64,000 nt of DNA from Planctomycetota bacterium (lineage in GTDB: Bacteria > Planctomycetota > UBA8108 > SXIK01). How positions within the stretch are numbered: the first letter of the stretch is position 1; every line of letters begins with the position of its first letter. The DNA is taken from the NCBI GenBank assembly GCA_965223265.1, contig OZ244999.1, positions 7,616,001 to 7,680,000 of the forward strand, written 5' to 3'. The notes below the pieces were generated by a model. The model did no database searches. It saw nothing but the letters and a program-made list of their open reading frames with translations, and was not told the origin of the DNA. This document shows positions 39,222-47,856 of the stretch, piece after piece. Made by a program: the position numbers and the translations under genes.

Positions 39222-40577
39222 ATGAGTGCTGGGCGCCCGATGATCGTCGCGGATCGATGGCGCACCGCGACGGCTGCCGTTTTGCTCGTCGCCGCGGCGG
39301 CGGCGCCTGACCTCAGCGCCGAGAATGCGTCTCTCTCTGACGTCGACGACAGAGAGAGACCGACCGATTGGCCCGAGTGGCGCGGATCGCAGCGCGATGG
39401 AATCTGCCGCGAAACCGGCCTCTTGAAGAAATGGGGTCCCGACGGGCCGCCGTTTCTTTGGCGGGTCGACGGCATCGGCGCGGGCTACAGTAGCGTCGCG
39501 ATCGCCGGCAATGACGTCTACACGATGGGCCAACGCGACGAAGGCGAGTTCCTGATCGCCTTGGGTCGGAGCGACGGAAGGGAAGCGTGGGCAGTCCGGA
39601 TCGGCACCGAGAAGCCGAACTCGACGCCAACGATCGACGGCGAGCTGGTGTTCGCACTCGGCTACGGCGGCGAGCTCGTATGCGTGCGGCGCCGCGACGG
39701 CCGAGAAGTTTGGCGACGCAACCTCGCGAGCGAGTTCGGCGGCAAAACGCAGACGGCGCTTGGGTTCAGCGAATCACCCTTGGTCGATGGCGATCGCGTC
39801 ACGTGTGCACCCGGCGTGCGCGCAGCGGCGGTCGTGGCGTTTGCCCGCACGGATGGCAAAACCATCTGGACAACAACGCTGCCCGGCGATGTTCTCCCGG
39901 ACGAGGACAACCCCGGTGCCGACGGTGCCGGTTACTCGTCGGCCGTCATGACCGTTGTGGATGGAGTGCGTCAGTACGTCTATCTCATCGGACGTGGTGT
40001 CATCGGAGTTGAAGCGACCACCGGTCGACTCCTCTGGGCTTATGGTCGCATGGCCAACCAACACGCCAACGTCGCCACGCCGATCGTATCGGGGAGTTAC
40101 GTTTTTTGTTCGACAGCCTATCAAGCTGGATCGGCTCTACTCGAGCTAGTGAAGAAGCCGAACGCATCGCCGATTGAGTTCGAATGCCGCGAAGTGTACT
40201 TCCTGAAGCCGAAGGTTTTGCAGAACCACCACGGCGGCCTCGTGCGGTTCGGGGATCACCTTTACGGCGGCCACGGACACAACCAAGGATTTCCGCTTTG
40301 CCTCGAGCTGAAGACCGGAAGGATCGCGTGGCGCCCCGGGCGAGGAGCCGGCACCGGTTCAGCTGCCGTTCTCTACGCCGACGGGCACCTCTACTTTCGC
40401 TACCAGAACGGGGTCGTCGCGCTCGTTGAGGCGACTCCTGAGGCCTATCGACTCAAAGGCCAATTCCGTCCGCGAGCACACAAGGGAAAAGCGTGGGCGC
40501 ATCCCGTGATCGCAGGCGGTAGACTTTACCTGCGAAGTGACGACGCGCTCGAGTGCTACGACGTTCAAGCACGATGA
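39222..40577 (+). CDS. PQQ-binding-like beta-propeller repeat protein (BamB-like), secreted
   Basis: DWPEWRGSQRDG, GYSS, SESPLVDG, WAHPVIAGGRLYLRS. Confidence 0.9.
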   Translation: MSAGRPMIVADRWRTATAAVLLVAAAAAPDLSAENASLSDVDDRERPTDWPEWRGSQRDGICRETGLLKKWGPDGPPFLWRVDGIGAGYSSVAIAGNDVYTMGQRDEGEFLIALGRSDGREAWAVRIGTEKPNSTPTIDGELVFALGYGGELVCVRRRDGREVWRRNLASEFGGKTQTALGFSESPLVDGDRVTCAPGVRAAAVVAFARTDGKTIWTTTLPGDVLPDEDNPGADGAGYSSAVMTVVDGVRQYVYLIGRGVIGVEATTGRLLWAYGRMANQHANVATPIVSGSYVFCSTAYQAGSALLELVKKPNASPIEFECREVYFLKPKVLQNHHGGLVRFGDHLYGGHGHNQGFPLCLELKTGRIAWRPGRGAGTGSAAVLYADGHLYFRYQNGVVALVEATPEAYRLKGQFRPRAHKGKAWAHPVIAGGRLYLRSDDALECYDVQAR

Positions 40578-40615
40578 GTTGACGTTCCCGCTCGTCCCCG
40601 TTTCGAGAACCAGCG

Positions 40616-43600
40616 ATGACGAAATCCCGACGTAACGCGGCGTCACCCCAGCAACCGTACGCTCTTTGCCGAATCTGCTGCGTCTGGTTGTGGCTTGCGA
40701 TCGCGCTCGCTCCGGGGTCCGTGTGGACCGCCGACTGCAACGGCAACGGACTCGACGACGCGGAGGAAGTCGCGGGCGGCAGCGCACTGGACTGCAACAC
40801 CAATTTCAATCCCGACGAATGTGACGTACCGAAAGCGCGTTTTTCCACCAGCGCTGGCGTCCCCGTACGCGCCGTTCCATTTGCCGTAGCAATCGCCGAT
40901 CTCAACGGCGACTCCATCATGGACGTCGTCACTGGCAACTTCCAGTCGCCCAGTTCGAGCCTCTCTCTTCTGTTCGGGGATGGCGATCGCAACTTCACGC
41001 GCGTTGACTACGACTTGGAGGCAAGGCTGAGCGTCCTTCGCCTCGCCGACCTCGACGGCGACGGTGAAAGCGACGTGATCACGCGGACCTCAAGAGTGCT
41101 GCAGCTGCTTTACAACGAGGGCGGCGGAACGCTCTCGACGCCAGAAATCGTGCGGCTCGCTTCCGGTGCCGTGGCGGTGGAGGTCGGCGATGTTGACGGC
41201 GACGGACTTCCGGATCTCCTGGTAACACATTCGTCGTCGAACACCGTTTCCCTTCTCAGGAATCAAGGCAGCCGCAGCTTCGCCGAAGCCGTGAGCATTC
41301 CAACAGGAGCGAGCCCAGTCGATTTGGCACTCAGCGATCTTGACGGCGACGGCGATCTCGACTTCGTCACCGCCAATCGGTCGTCAAGCGAGGTCGCGAT
41401 TCTGGACAACGACGGCAACGGAGGCTTCGTCGACACGAATCTGAAACTGCCGGTGTCACGCCCCACACTCGTAGAGACTCAAGACCTCGACGCCGACGGC
41501 AGACCCGACGTCGTGGTCGCCGCGGAAGGCCGTGTGGTCACATTTCTGCAAGACGACACCGGCAGCTTCGGCGCACCGTCCGAGTTTCTCACCGAAGGCG
41601 TTCCCTCGTCGTTGGTCGTCGCTGATGTTACCGGCGACGAGATTCCCGATGTCCTGACTCTGCGCGGTTTGTCGTCGACGGTCCTCGTCATGGTCGGCGC
41701 CGGCGACGGAACCTTTCCAGCCTCCTTTGCCGTCGCACTCAGCGACGCATCGACGGCGATTGGCTTGGGCGATCTCGACGGCGACGCGGACCCTGAGATC
41801 GTGGCCGTGGGAGGTACCGATGCCATGACGGTGCTCTGGAACGGCGAGGACATCGGAGTCTCCCTGCTTTCGGAGACGATCGCGATGCCGCCCGCGCCAC
41901 ACTCCGCCTCGATCGGTGACATCGACGGCGATGGTGACCTCGATGTCGTCACCGCCGACGGCAACGGCATGACGATCACGACCTTCGCGAACAACGGCCG
42001 CGGGACCTTGGCCCTGGCTGGTATCCAAGATGTTCGCGGCTACCTCAACTCGATCACGACGGCTGACTTCGATCGTGATGGGGATCTCGATGCGGCGACG
42101 GTCGCCTTTCGCGAGGGTTTCGTCCAAGTCCACTTCAACGATGGCACTGGCACATTCACGAACAAGCTCACGTACATGTCAGGCTCACAGGTATTCTTTG
42201 TGACGCATGTAGACTTGGACGGCGACTCAATTCTCGACCTGATCACGACCAACGAAGGCCAAAACGACTTCGCAAGATTCCGTGGCAACGGCGACGGAAC
42301 CTTCGAGCCGCTCGGCAACGTCACAGCAGGCTCGCGCCCGCGCGCCGCCGCGACAGCGGATTTTGACGGCGACGGGGACGTCGACGTGGCGATCGCCAAC
42401 GCTGGAGCGACGACCTTCGGGCTGATGGTGTTCGCGGGTGATGGGCGCGGCAGTTTCCCGGACGCTCCGATCGAGTACGACGTCGATTCGCCAAACTACG
42501 TCGTTGCTGCGGATCTCAACGGCGATGGCCGCCCTGATCTCGTCACCGCCAACGACATTCGGTTGACGTACAGCGTGCTGATGAACGAGTCGAGCGGCGG
42601 ATTCGGCGCCCCGGTGACCCGCGAGCTCGGTCAGCGGCCCTACTCGCTGATCACAGCTGACGTCAACCTTGATGGCACCATCGATCTCGTCACCGCCAAC
42701 GAAGCGTCGCGTTCGATCTCCGTTGTCCCGAACCATGGCGACGGCACCTTTGCTCCTGCCGTTCACTTCACTGCTGGAATCGATCCACGCTTCGTCCTCG
42801 CTGGCGATCTAGACGGCGATCTGGACCTTGAGCTCGTGGCGGCGAACCACACGTCTCGCGACATCACGGTCTTCGAGAATCAACTGGAAGTTTCGGGGGA
42901 ACCTTTCCTCCCTCTTCTCTGCACCCCGGTGGACTTCGAGAACGTGTCCCGCGCGGCGAGCGCATCACAACCTGGCGTGCGGCGCTTCACTAAGTTCACT
43001 GTGCCGGTCGACCCGGACGACCCCTCACTCGTTCCGCCTTTGGTGCAGAACGTCAATCGCTTCAGTTTCCACGAGGACTTTCTCGAATCGACTTACCCGG
43101 ATCAGTTTCCGCCGGGAACATACAACGAGCTGGTCAACGTCCGAGCTACACGCAAGTACTTTGTCGGTGTACTCTTCCTTCTCAACACCGACATGGGACC
43201 TATCTTCGGCTTCAACGTCTTGGGCAACTTCACATCAGATCTTTCGGAGCTACCGACACCGGAGGAAGTCCGGCGCGTCTTCGAGGCGCTCTCGGGGATC
43301 TTCACGTTAGCGCCGCTCTATTACTATCCTGACCAACGTGTGACGCGCGAGGACGCCGCGACGTGGGTCGATCCTGGCTTCGACATCTTTCTCGACGACC
43401 CGGCGGCGAACATCCCGTTCATTCCGTACACCCAGGGAGTTGGCTTCGGTCGCGTCCGATTGCTGGCAGCGGCGGAGTTCGAAGCCGCAAACGATTCTGG
43501 GCTCATCAGCTTTGAGGACATCCTCGTCCTTGAGCGCGCCCCCCGGGATATCGAAGGCGTCGTCAGTGGCGTCATCACGGCGGAACCGCAGGGCGAGCTC

Positions 43601-46060
43601 AGTCATGTGGCGATCCGCACTGCGCGCCGCGGTACTCCAAACGCCTTCGTTCGCAGTGCCCTCGAAGAATTCGCCACGTATCGCGATCAGCTCGTGCGTC
43701 TGGAAGTGACCGCAGGAGCTTTTCGCGTCGAACCGGCGACACTCGAAGAGGCCCAGGCGTGGTGGCAGTCGAGCCGGCCCGTGATTTCCGTACTGCCGAC
43801 CATCGACGCAGAATTCTCGGATCTGCCGACGCTCGACGAGATTGCCGCCATCGATGCGGCAGTGAAGGAGCCGCCGGCCGTTTCGCGCTTCGGCGGTAAG
43901 GCGTCGAATTTCGCGCGGCTGCAGTCGATCTTGACCGGCGAGATGGCGCGCTACCGAGCTCGCGGCTTCGCGATCCCAATGCGCTACTATCTCGATTTCA
44001 TGCGCACGAACCACATCGCGTCGGCCGTCGACCCAGCACGCATAGTAACGTATGAAGAGTATCTCTCGGAGCTGTTCGCCGACCCTGAATTCCAGTCCGA
44101 CTCACGACGGCGCTTCGAACTCCTCGATCGGCTTCGAGACCACATGGACGACGACAGCTCGATTCCGAGTGAACTTGTCGCACGCCTAGCGCAGCGGATA
44201 GAAGACGTGTTCGGAACAACGACGCTGCGGTTTCGGTTTCGCTCCTCTTCGAACGTGGAGGATGCTCTCGAGTTCAACGGCGCGGGTCTCTACGACTCCA
44301 CCTCGGCCTGCGCTGCCGACGACCTCGATGGCGATGCGGTAGGGCCGTCGCTTTGCGATCCGGAGCGCGAGAACGAACGCGGCATCGGGCGTGCGCTCAG
44401 AAAAGTGTGGCAAAGCCTGTGGAACTTTCGGGCTCACGAGGAGCGAACGTTCTTTAGCATCCCGCCAGAAACTGCGGCGATGGGTGTGCTCGTCAGTCGT
44501 GCGTTCCCGGACGAGCTCGCCAACGGCGTCGCTTTTACCGGCAACCCGTCGAACGCACTTGATCGGCGCTACGTCGTCACGGTGCAGATCGGAGAAAACA
44601 GCGTTGTCAGCCCCGAACCCGGTGAGTTGCCCGAAAAGGACATCCTCACCGTCGTTGACGGTGTCGTCACCGACATCGTGCGCGCCGTGCCCTCGAGCCT
44701 GCTGCCGATCGGAGAAGACGTGATGACAGACGCTCAACTCGAGGAGTTAGGTGCGCTGCTCTGGCACATGGATCAGACGTTTCCCCTGCAGCTTGGAGAC
44801 GTGCCGCGCCAGCAAGTCTTGCTCGACGCGGAGTTCAAGATCGACTCCGAAGGTAGATTGGCCGTCAAACAAGTGCGACCGTTCCTGCTCTCAGGTCCGG
44901 CGCAGCCGACTCCCACTTTTGAGCTGCAGATCCCACCCGGCGCCGCAGCGTGCGTGACATTCAACGGTGTCAAGTTGCTCGCCGTACCTCCTGAGCGCGT
45001 TCTACGCCAGGCTAAAAGCACGGTGACGTTCATCCCTGGGACGGTCAGCTTACCGACGCGCACCGAGACGTTCAGCGGCGAGCTCTTCGCGGAAGTTCGC
45101 CGCAGCGGTGGCGACGAAGTGCTGTCGTCCGCAGGCCCTGGCGAGTTCCGCGTCCGCAGACGAACCGAAGGTGAGACGACCACTTACGCTTTTCGATACA
45201 CGCAAGAATTCACGACTGCTGATGACGCAGCGTACGTGCTCGTCTTGGACAATCTTCTTTTTCGTGCGATTGGCGACGAACCGCTCGAACGATCGCTCCT
45301 CTTCGACGAAGAGTTCATCACGCGCACCCTGCAACTTGAAGGCAACTCCATCTACCCCTACGCCTCCTGCGATGACGATCTCCTGCCGCTTTGGGAGATC
45401 ACCGCTGAGCTCGACGATGGGCTTTCCTTACGACTCTTGGAACGGTTTGAGCCGCCGCCCGACATCAACCTCACCGGCCCAGCGAGTTTAGTCCGCGCAA
45501 CGATCGACATAGGCGACGAGGTACGCCAAGTCGATGACTACTGGCATCTGGTCTACGCTGCTGATCGTCACAACCAGAGAATCCATTACTGGGCCGTTCT
45601 CGATCCCCCGCTTCCCATGGCCGGACTCGAACGCCCCATCCATGTCGTCGCCGTGGAGACTCCCGATTTCACGCCGCAGGCACCGTTCACCGTTACCTAC
45701 CTCGACGAAAACCTAATGCCGATTCACTCGCCCGGCGTGCTCAGGAGCGAAAAGCGATTGGCTGAGACGGAGGCGAGGTTTCGGCGCGGCGATCTCGACG
45801 CGGATGGCAACGCTGCGCTGGCGGACGCCGTCGCCATCCTCAACTATCTCTTCCGCGCCGGCAGCGCTCCACGCTGCCAGAAGGCAGCCGATGCGAACGA
45901 CGATGGTCGGCTGAACGTCACCGACGCGATCAGCGTGCTGCTGCACTCTTTCGCAGGTGCCGGCGCCCTTCCAGCGCCGTTTGTCACGTGTGGAACAGAC
46001 CCAACCCCCGACGACCTCGAGTGCACCACGAGTGAAGCTTGCGCCGCAAGCGATCAGTAG
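40616..46060 (+). CDS. Secreted FG-GAP-repeat protein fused to a phosphohistidine + ATP-grasp (PEP/pyruvate-binding, dikinase-type) module and a C-terminal dockerin-like domain
   Basis: 1814 aa. Signal peptide; DCNxN repeats; a dozen or more DxDGDGxxD FG-GAP repeats; LSHVAIR (His997); GGKASNF, GFAIP, RFRSSSNVED...NGAGLYDS, VWQSLW, EFK...KQVRP; FRRGDLDADG...ADANDDGRLNVTD. Confidence 0.85.
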   Translation: MTKSRRNAASPQQPYALCRICCVWLWLAIALAPGSVWTADCNGNGLDDAEEVAGGSALDCNTNFNPDECDVPKARFSTSAGVPVRAVPFAVAIADLNGDSIMDVVTGNFQSPSSSLSLLFGDGDRNFTRVDYDLEARLSVLRLADLDGDGESDVITRTSRVLQLLYNEGGGTLSTPEIVRLASGAVAVEVGDVDGDGLPDLLVTHSSSNTVSLLRNQGSRSFAEAVSIPTGASPVDLALSDLDGDGDLDFVTANRSSSEVAILDNDGNGGFVDTNLKLPVSRPTLVETQDLDADGRPDVVVAAEGRVVTFLQDDTGSFGAPSEFLTEGVPSSLVVADVTGDEIPDVLTLRGLSSTVLVMVGAGDGTFPASFAVALSDASTAIGLGDLDGDADPEIVAVGGTDAMTVLWNGEDIGVSLLSETIAMPPAPHSASIGDIDGDGDLDVVTADGNGMTITTFANNGRGTLALAGIQDVRGYLNSITTADFDRDGDLDAATVAFREGFVQVHFNDGTGTFTNKLTYMSGSQVFFVTHVDLDGDSILDLITTNEGQNDFARFRGNGDGTFEPLGNVTAGSRPRAAATADFDGDGDVDVAIANAGATTFGLMVFAGDGRGSFPDAPIEYDVDSPNYVVAADLNGDGRPDLVTANDIRLTYSVLMNESSGGFGAPVTRELGQRPYSLITADVNLDGTIDLVTANEASRSISVVPNHGDGTFAPAVHFTAGIDPRFVLAGDLDGDLDLELVAANHTSRDITVFENQLEVSGEPFLPLLCTPVDFENVSRAASASQPGVRRFTKFTVPVDPDDPSLVPPLVQNVNRFSFHEDFLESTYPDQFPPGTYNELVNVRATRKYFVGVLFLLNTDMGPIFGFNVLGNFTSDLSELPTPEEVRRVFEALSGIFTLAPLYYYPDQRVTREDAATWVDPGFDIFLDDPAANIPFIPYTQGVGFGRVRLLAAAEFEAANDSGLISFEDILVLERAPRDIEGVVSGVITAEPQGELSHVAIRTARRGTPNAFVRSALEEFATYRDQLVRLEVTAGAFRVEPATLEEAQAWWQSSRPVISVLPTIDAEFSDLPTLDEIAAIDAAVKEPPAVSRFGGKASNFARLQSILTGEMARYRARGFAIPMRYYLDFMRTNHIASAVDPARIVTYEEYLSELFADPEFQSDSRRRFELLDRLRDHMDDDSSIPSELVARLAQRIEDVFGTTTLRFRFRSSSNVEDALEFNGAGLYDSTSACAADDLDGDAVGPSLCDPERENERGIGRALRKVWQSLWNFRAHEERTFFSIPPETAAMGVLVSRAFPDELANGVAFTGNPSNALDRRYVVTVQIGENSVVSPEPGELPEKDILTVVDGVVTDIVRAVPSSLLPIGEDVMTDAQLEELGALLWHMDQTFPLQLGDVPRQQVLLDAEFKIDSEGRLAVKQVRPFLLSGPAQPTPTFELQIPPGAAACVTFNGVKLLAVPPERVLRQAKSTVTFIPGTVSLPTRTETFSGELFAEVRRSGGDEVLSSAGPGEFRVRRRTEGETTTYAFRYTQEFTTADDAAYVLVLDNLLFRAIGDEPLERSLLFDEEFITRTLQLEGNSIYPYASCDDDLLPLWEITAELDDGLSLRLLERFEPPPDINLTGPASLVRATIDIGDEVRQVDDYWHLVYAADRHNQRIHYWAVLDPPLPMAGLERPIHVVAVETPDFTPQAPFTVTYLDENLMPIHSPGVLRSEKRLAETEARFRRGDLDADGNAALADAVAILNYLFRAGSAPRCQKAADANDDGRLNVTDAISVLLHSFAGAGALPAPFVTCGTDPTPDDLECTTSEACAASDQ

Positions 46061-46089
46061 CCCTCGCCCATCGCAGCCCGAAACCCACG

Positions 46090-46620
46090 ATGCCCAGGAA
46101 TACCGAGATCAAGGCGCGCATCGCAAGCCGCGACGACGCTGAGAAGATTCATCGCCGTGCGGCTGAGCTCGCTTCGGCGCCACCGGAGGTTCTGCAACAA
46201 GTCGACACGTTCTTCAACGCCCCACACGGTCGCCTGAAGCTGCGCCGATTCGCAGGCGGCAGCGGCGAGCTCATCTTTTACGAGCGGCCTGATCGAACGG
46301 GTCCAAAGACCTCGGCCTATGAGCGCTCGCCTTGCAGCTCTCCAGAGACGCTGAGCTCCGTGCTGGAGCGGGCACTTGGCAGGCGCGGTGTCGTCGCAAA
46401 AAAAAGACACGTGTATCTCGTCGGTCGGACGAGAATCCACGTCGATGACGTCGAGAATCTCGGCACGTTCCTCGAACTCGAGGTGGTTCTTCGCGAGGGT
46501 GAATCGGAAAGCGATGGACACGCTACTGCGGTGCGGCTACTCGGCGAGCTGTCGATCGACCCGTCTTCTCTTGTTTCAGGGGCTTACATTGATCTTCTGG
46601 AGAACCGCTCGCGCAAGTGA
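46090..46620 (+). CDS. CYTH domain protein (class IV adenylate cyclase-like / triphosphate tunnel metalloenzyme)
   Basis: NTEIKAR (ExK), QVDTFF, RLKLR, KKR, TRIHVDDVENLGTFLELEV, AYIDLL. Confidence 0.9.
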   Translation: MPRNTEIKARIASRDDAEKIHRRAAELASAPPEVLQQVDTFFNAPHGRLKLRRFAGGSGELIFYERPDRTGPKTSAYERSPCSSPETLSSVLERALGRRGVVAKKRHVYLVGRTRIHVDDVENLGTFLELEVVLREGESESDGHATAVRLLGELSIDPSSLVSGAYIDLLENRSRK

Positions 46621-46672
46621 GGGAAGTGGAGTGGCAGCGCGCGCCGCGGCGAAAGCTCTTCGTCCCAGTGGA

Positions 46673-47767
46673 TCACTCGTACACGACCACCGTCTTGATG
46701 CTCTCCGGCACGCGCTCGGTGTAGTGCCGAAGCGACGCGTCGAGGTCGACACGTGCAGTGATGAGTTCGTCGACAGCACCCGGCTCGGATTCCTGAAAGT
46801 GTCGCAGATGAGTGAGCGCTGCCTCGAAATCCTCTGGTGCCGAATTGACAGACCCGATGTGCAGGTTGTTTCTCAACAACCCCTCACGCATGAGGATGCC
46901 AACGTTCGACCGTTTCGCCTGTGGCGATCTGAGGCTGCCGAGCCAAACCATAACGCCGCGCGCAGCCAAAGCGCTCGCAGACTCAAGCATGACTTCATCG
47001 CTTCCCGTGCACTCTAGGATCAAATCGTAGCCGTTGCGATCCGGGTCGTCGGGCACCAATGAACCGCTGGCTGCGTCGACGTAACTCGCGCCGAAGCGCT
47101 GCGCCAGAGCTACCCTGGCACTGGACGCATCGTCTCTGCCGTAAAGCGTCACGGGCCAGCCGCGCGCTCTAGATGACAAGACAGCGGCAAAGCCGATCGG
47201 GCCCATCCCAGTGACGAGGACACGCGGCGGCGCCTCTCTCCAAGCCTCGCCGCCGAGACGAGCGGTCTGCAGCAAAACGGCTTCCCGAATCCCCTTCTCA
47301 GCCACCGAGATCGGTTCGGCGAGGACGGCAGCGTGGGCGAGCTCTGGCGGAACCGCGACCAGATGTTCGGGACGATCGAGCCAGCGTGCGGCAGAGAAAC
47401 CGTGTTCCCACATAATGCCGCGCTCAGTGAAATCTCCCATATTCAGAAAGTCAGTGCGCCACGGCGCATCGCAGTTGGTGCGAGTTCGCCTGACCAGCGG
47501 CACGACGAGATCATCGACGTGAACATCGGTCACCCCCGCTCCGACCAACTCGACGCGAGCCAAACACTCATGGCCGAGAATCAGGTACTCCTCGCCTGGT
47601 GGCACGAGCGGCGCACGATTGGCGAGAATGTCTCGATCCGTCCCGCACACACCAAGCTCCAGCGTGCGGCACAGGACCTCGCCCGCTGCGGGCGGACGCG
47701 GCTCCGGGCATTCGACGATCTGAGGTGTCGCGATTTCTGGATACGCCGCGATCGCGCGCAGGTTCAC
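46673..47767 (-). CDS. Zn-dependent glucose 1-dehydrogenase-like medium-chain dehydrogenase
   Basis: GVCGTD, LGHE, LAEP, GMGPIG, GSVN, IKTVV. Confidence 0.85.
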   Translation of the reverse strand: MNLRAIAAYPEIATPQIVECPEPRPPAAGEVLCRTLELGVCGTDRDILANRAPLVPPGEEYLILGHECLARVELVGAGVTDVHVDDLVVPLVRRTRTNCDAPWRTDFLNMGDFTERGIMWEHGFSAARWLDRPEHLVAVPPELAHAAVLAEPISVAEKGIREAVLLQTARLGGEAWREAPPRVLVTGMGPIGFAAVLSSRARGWPVTLYGRDDASSARVALAQRFGASYVDAASGSLVPDDPDRNGYDLILECTGSDEVMLESASALAARGVMVWLGSLRSPQAKRSNVGILMREGLLRNNLHIGSVNSAPEDFEAALTHLRHFQESEPGAVDELITARVDLDASLRHYTERVPESIKTVVVYE

Positions 47768-47856
47768 TCCAATGTCTCCACCGTCTCTCGTCTCGATGGC
47801 GGCGAGCAGAATCGCTGCGAGCTCGCCATGGTCCTGCCGCTACTCACTCTTAGTTG

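Noticed and set aside
40880-42880. Recurring GACCTCGACGGCGACGG-like DNA repeats
   Set aside because: Explained by the FG-GAP protein repeats (DLDGDG); not a nucleic-acid-level array.
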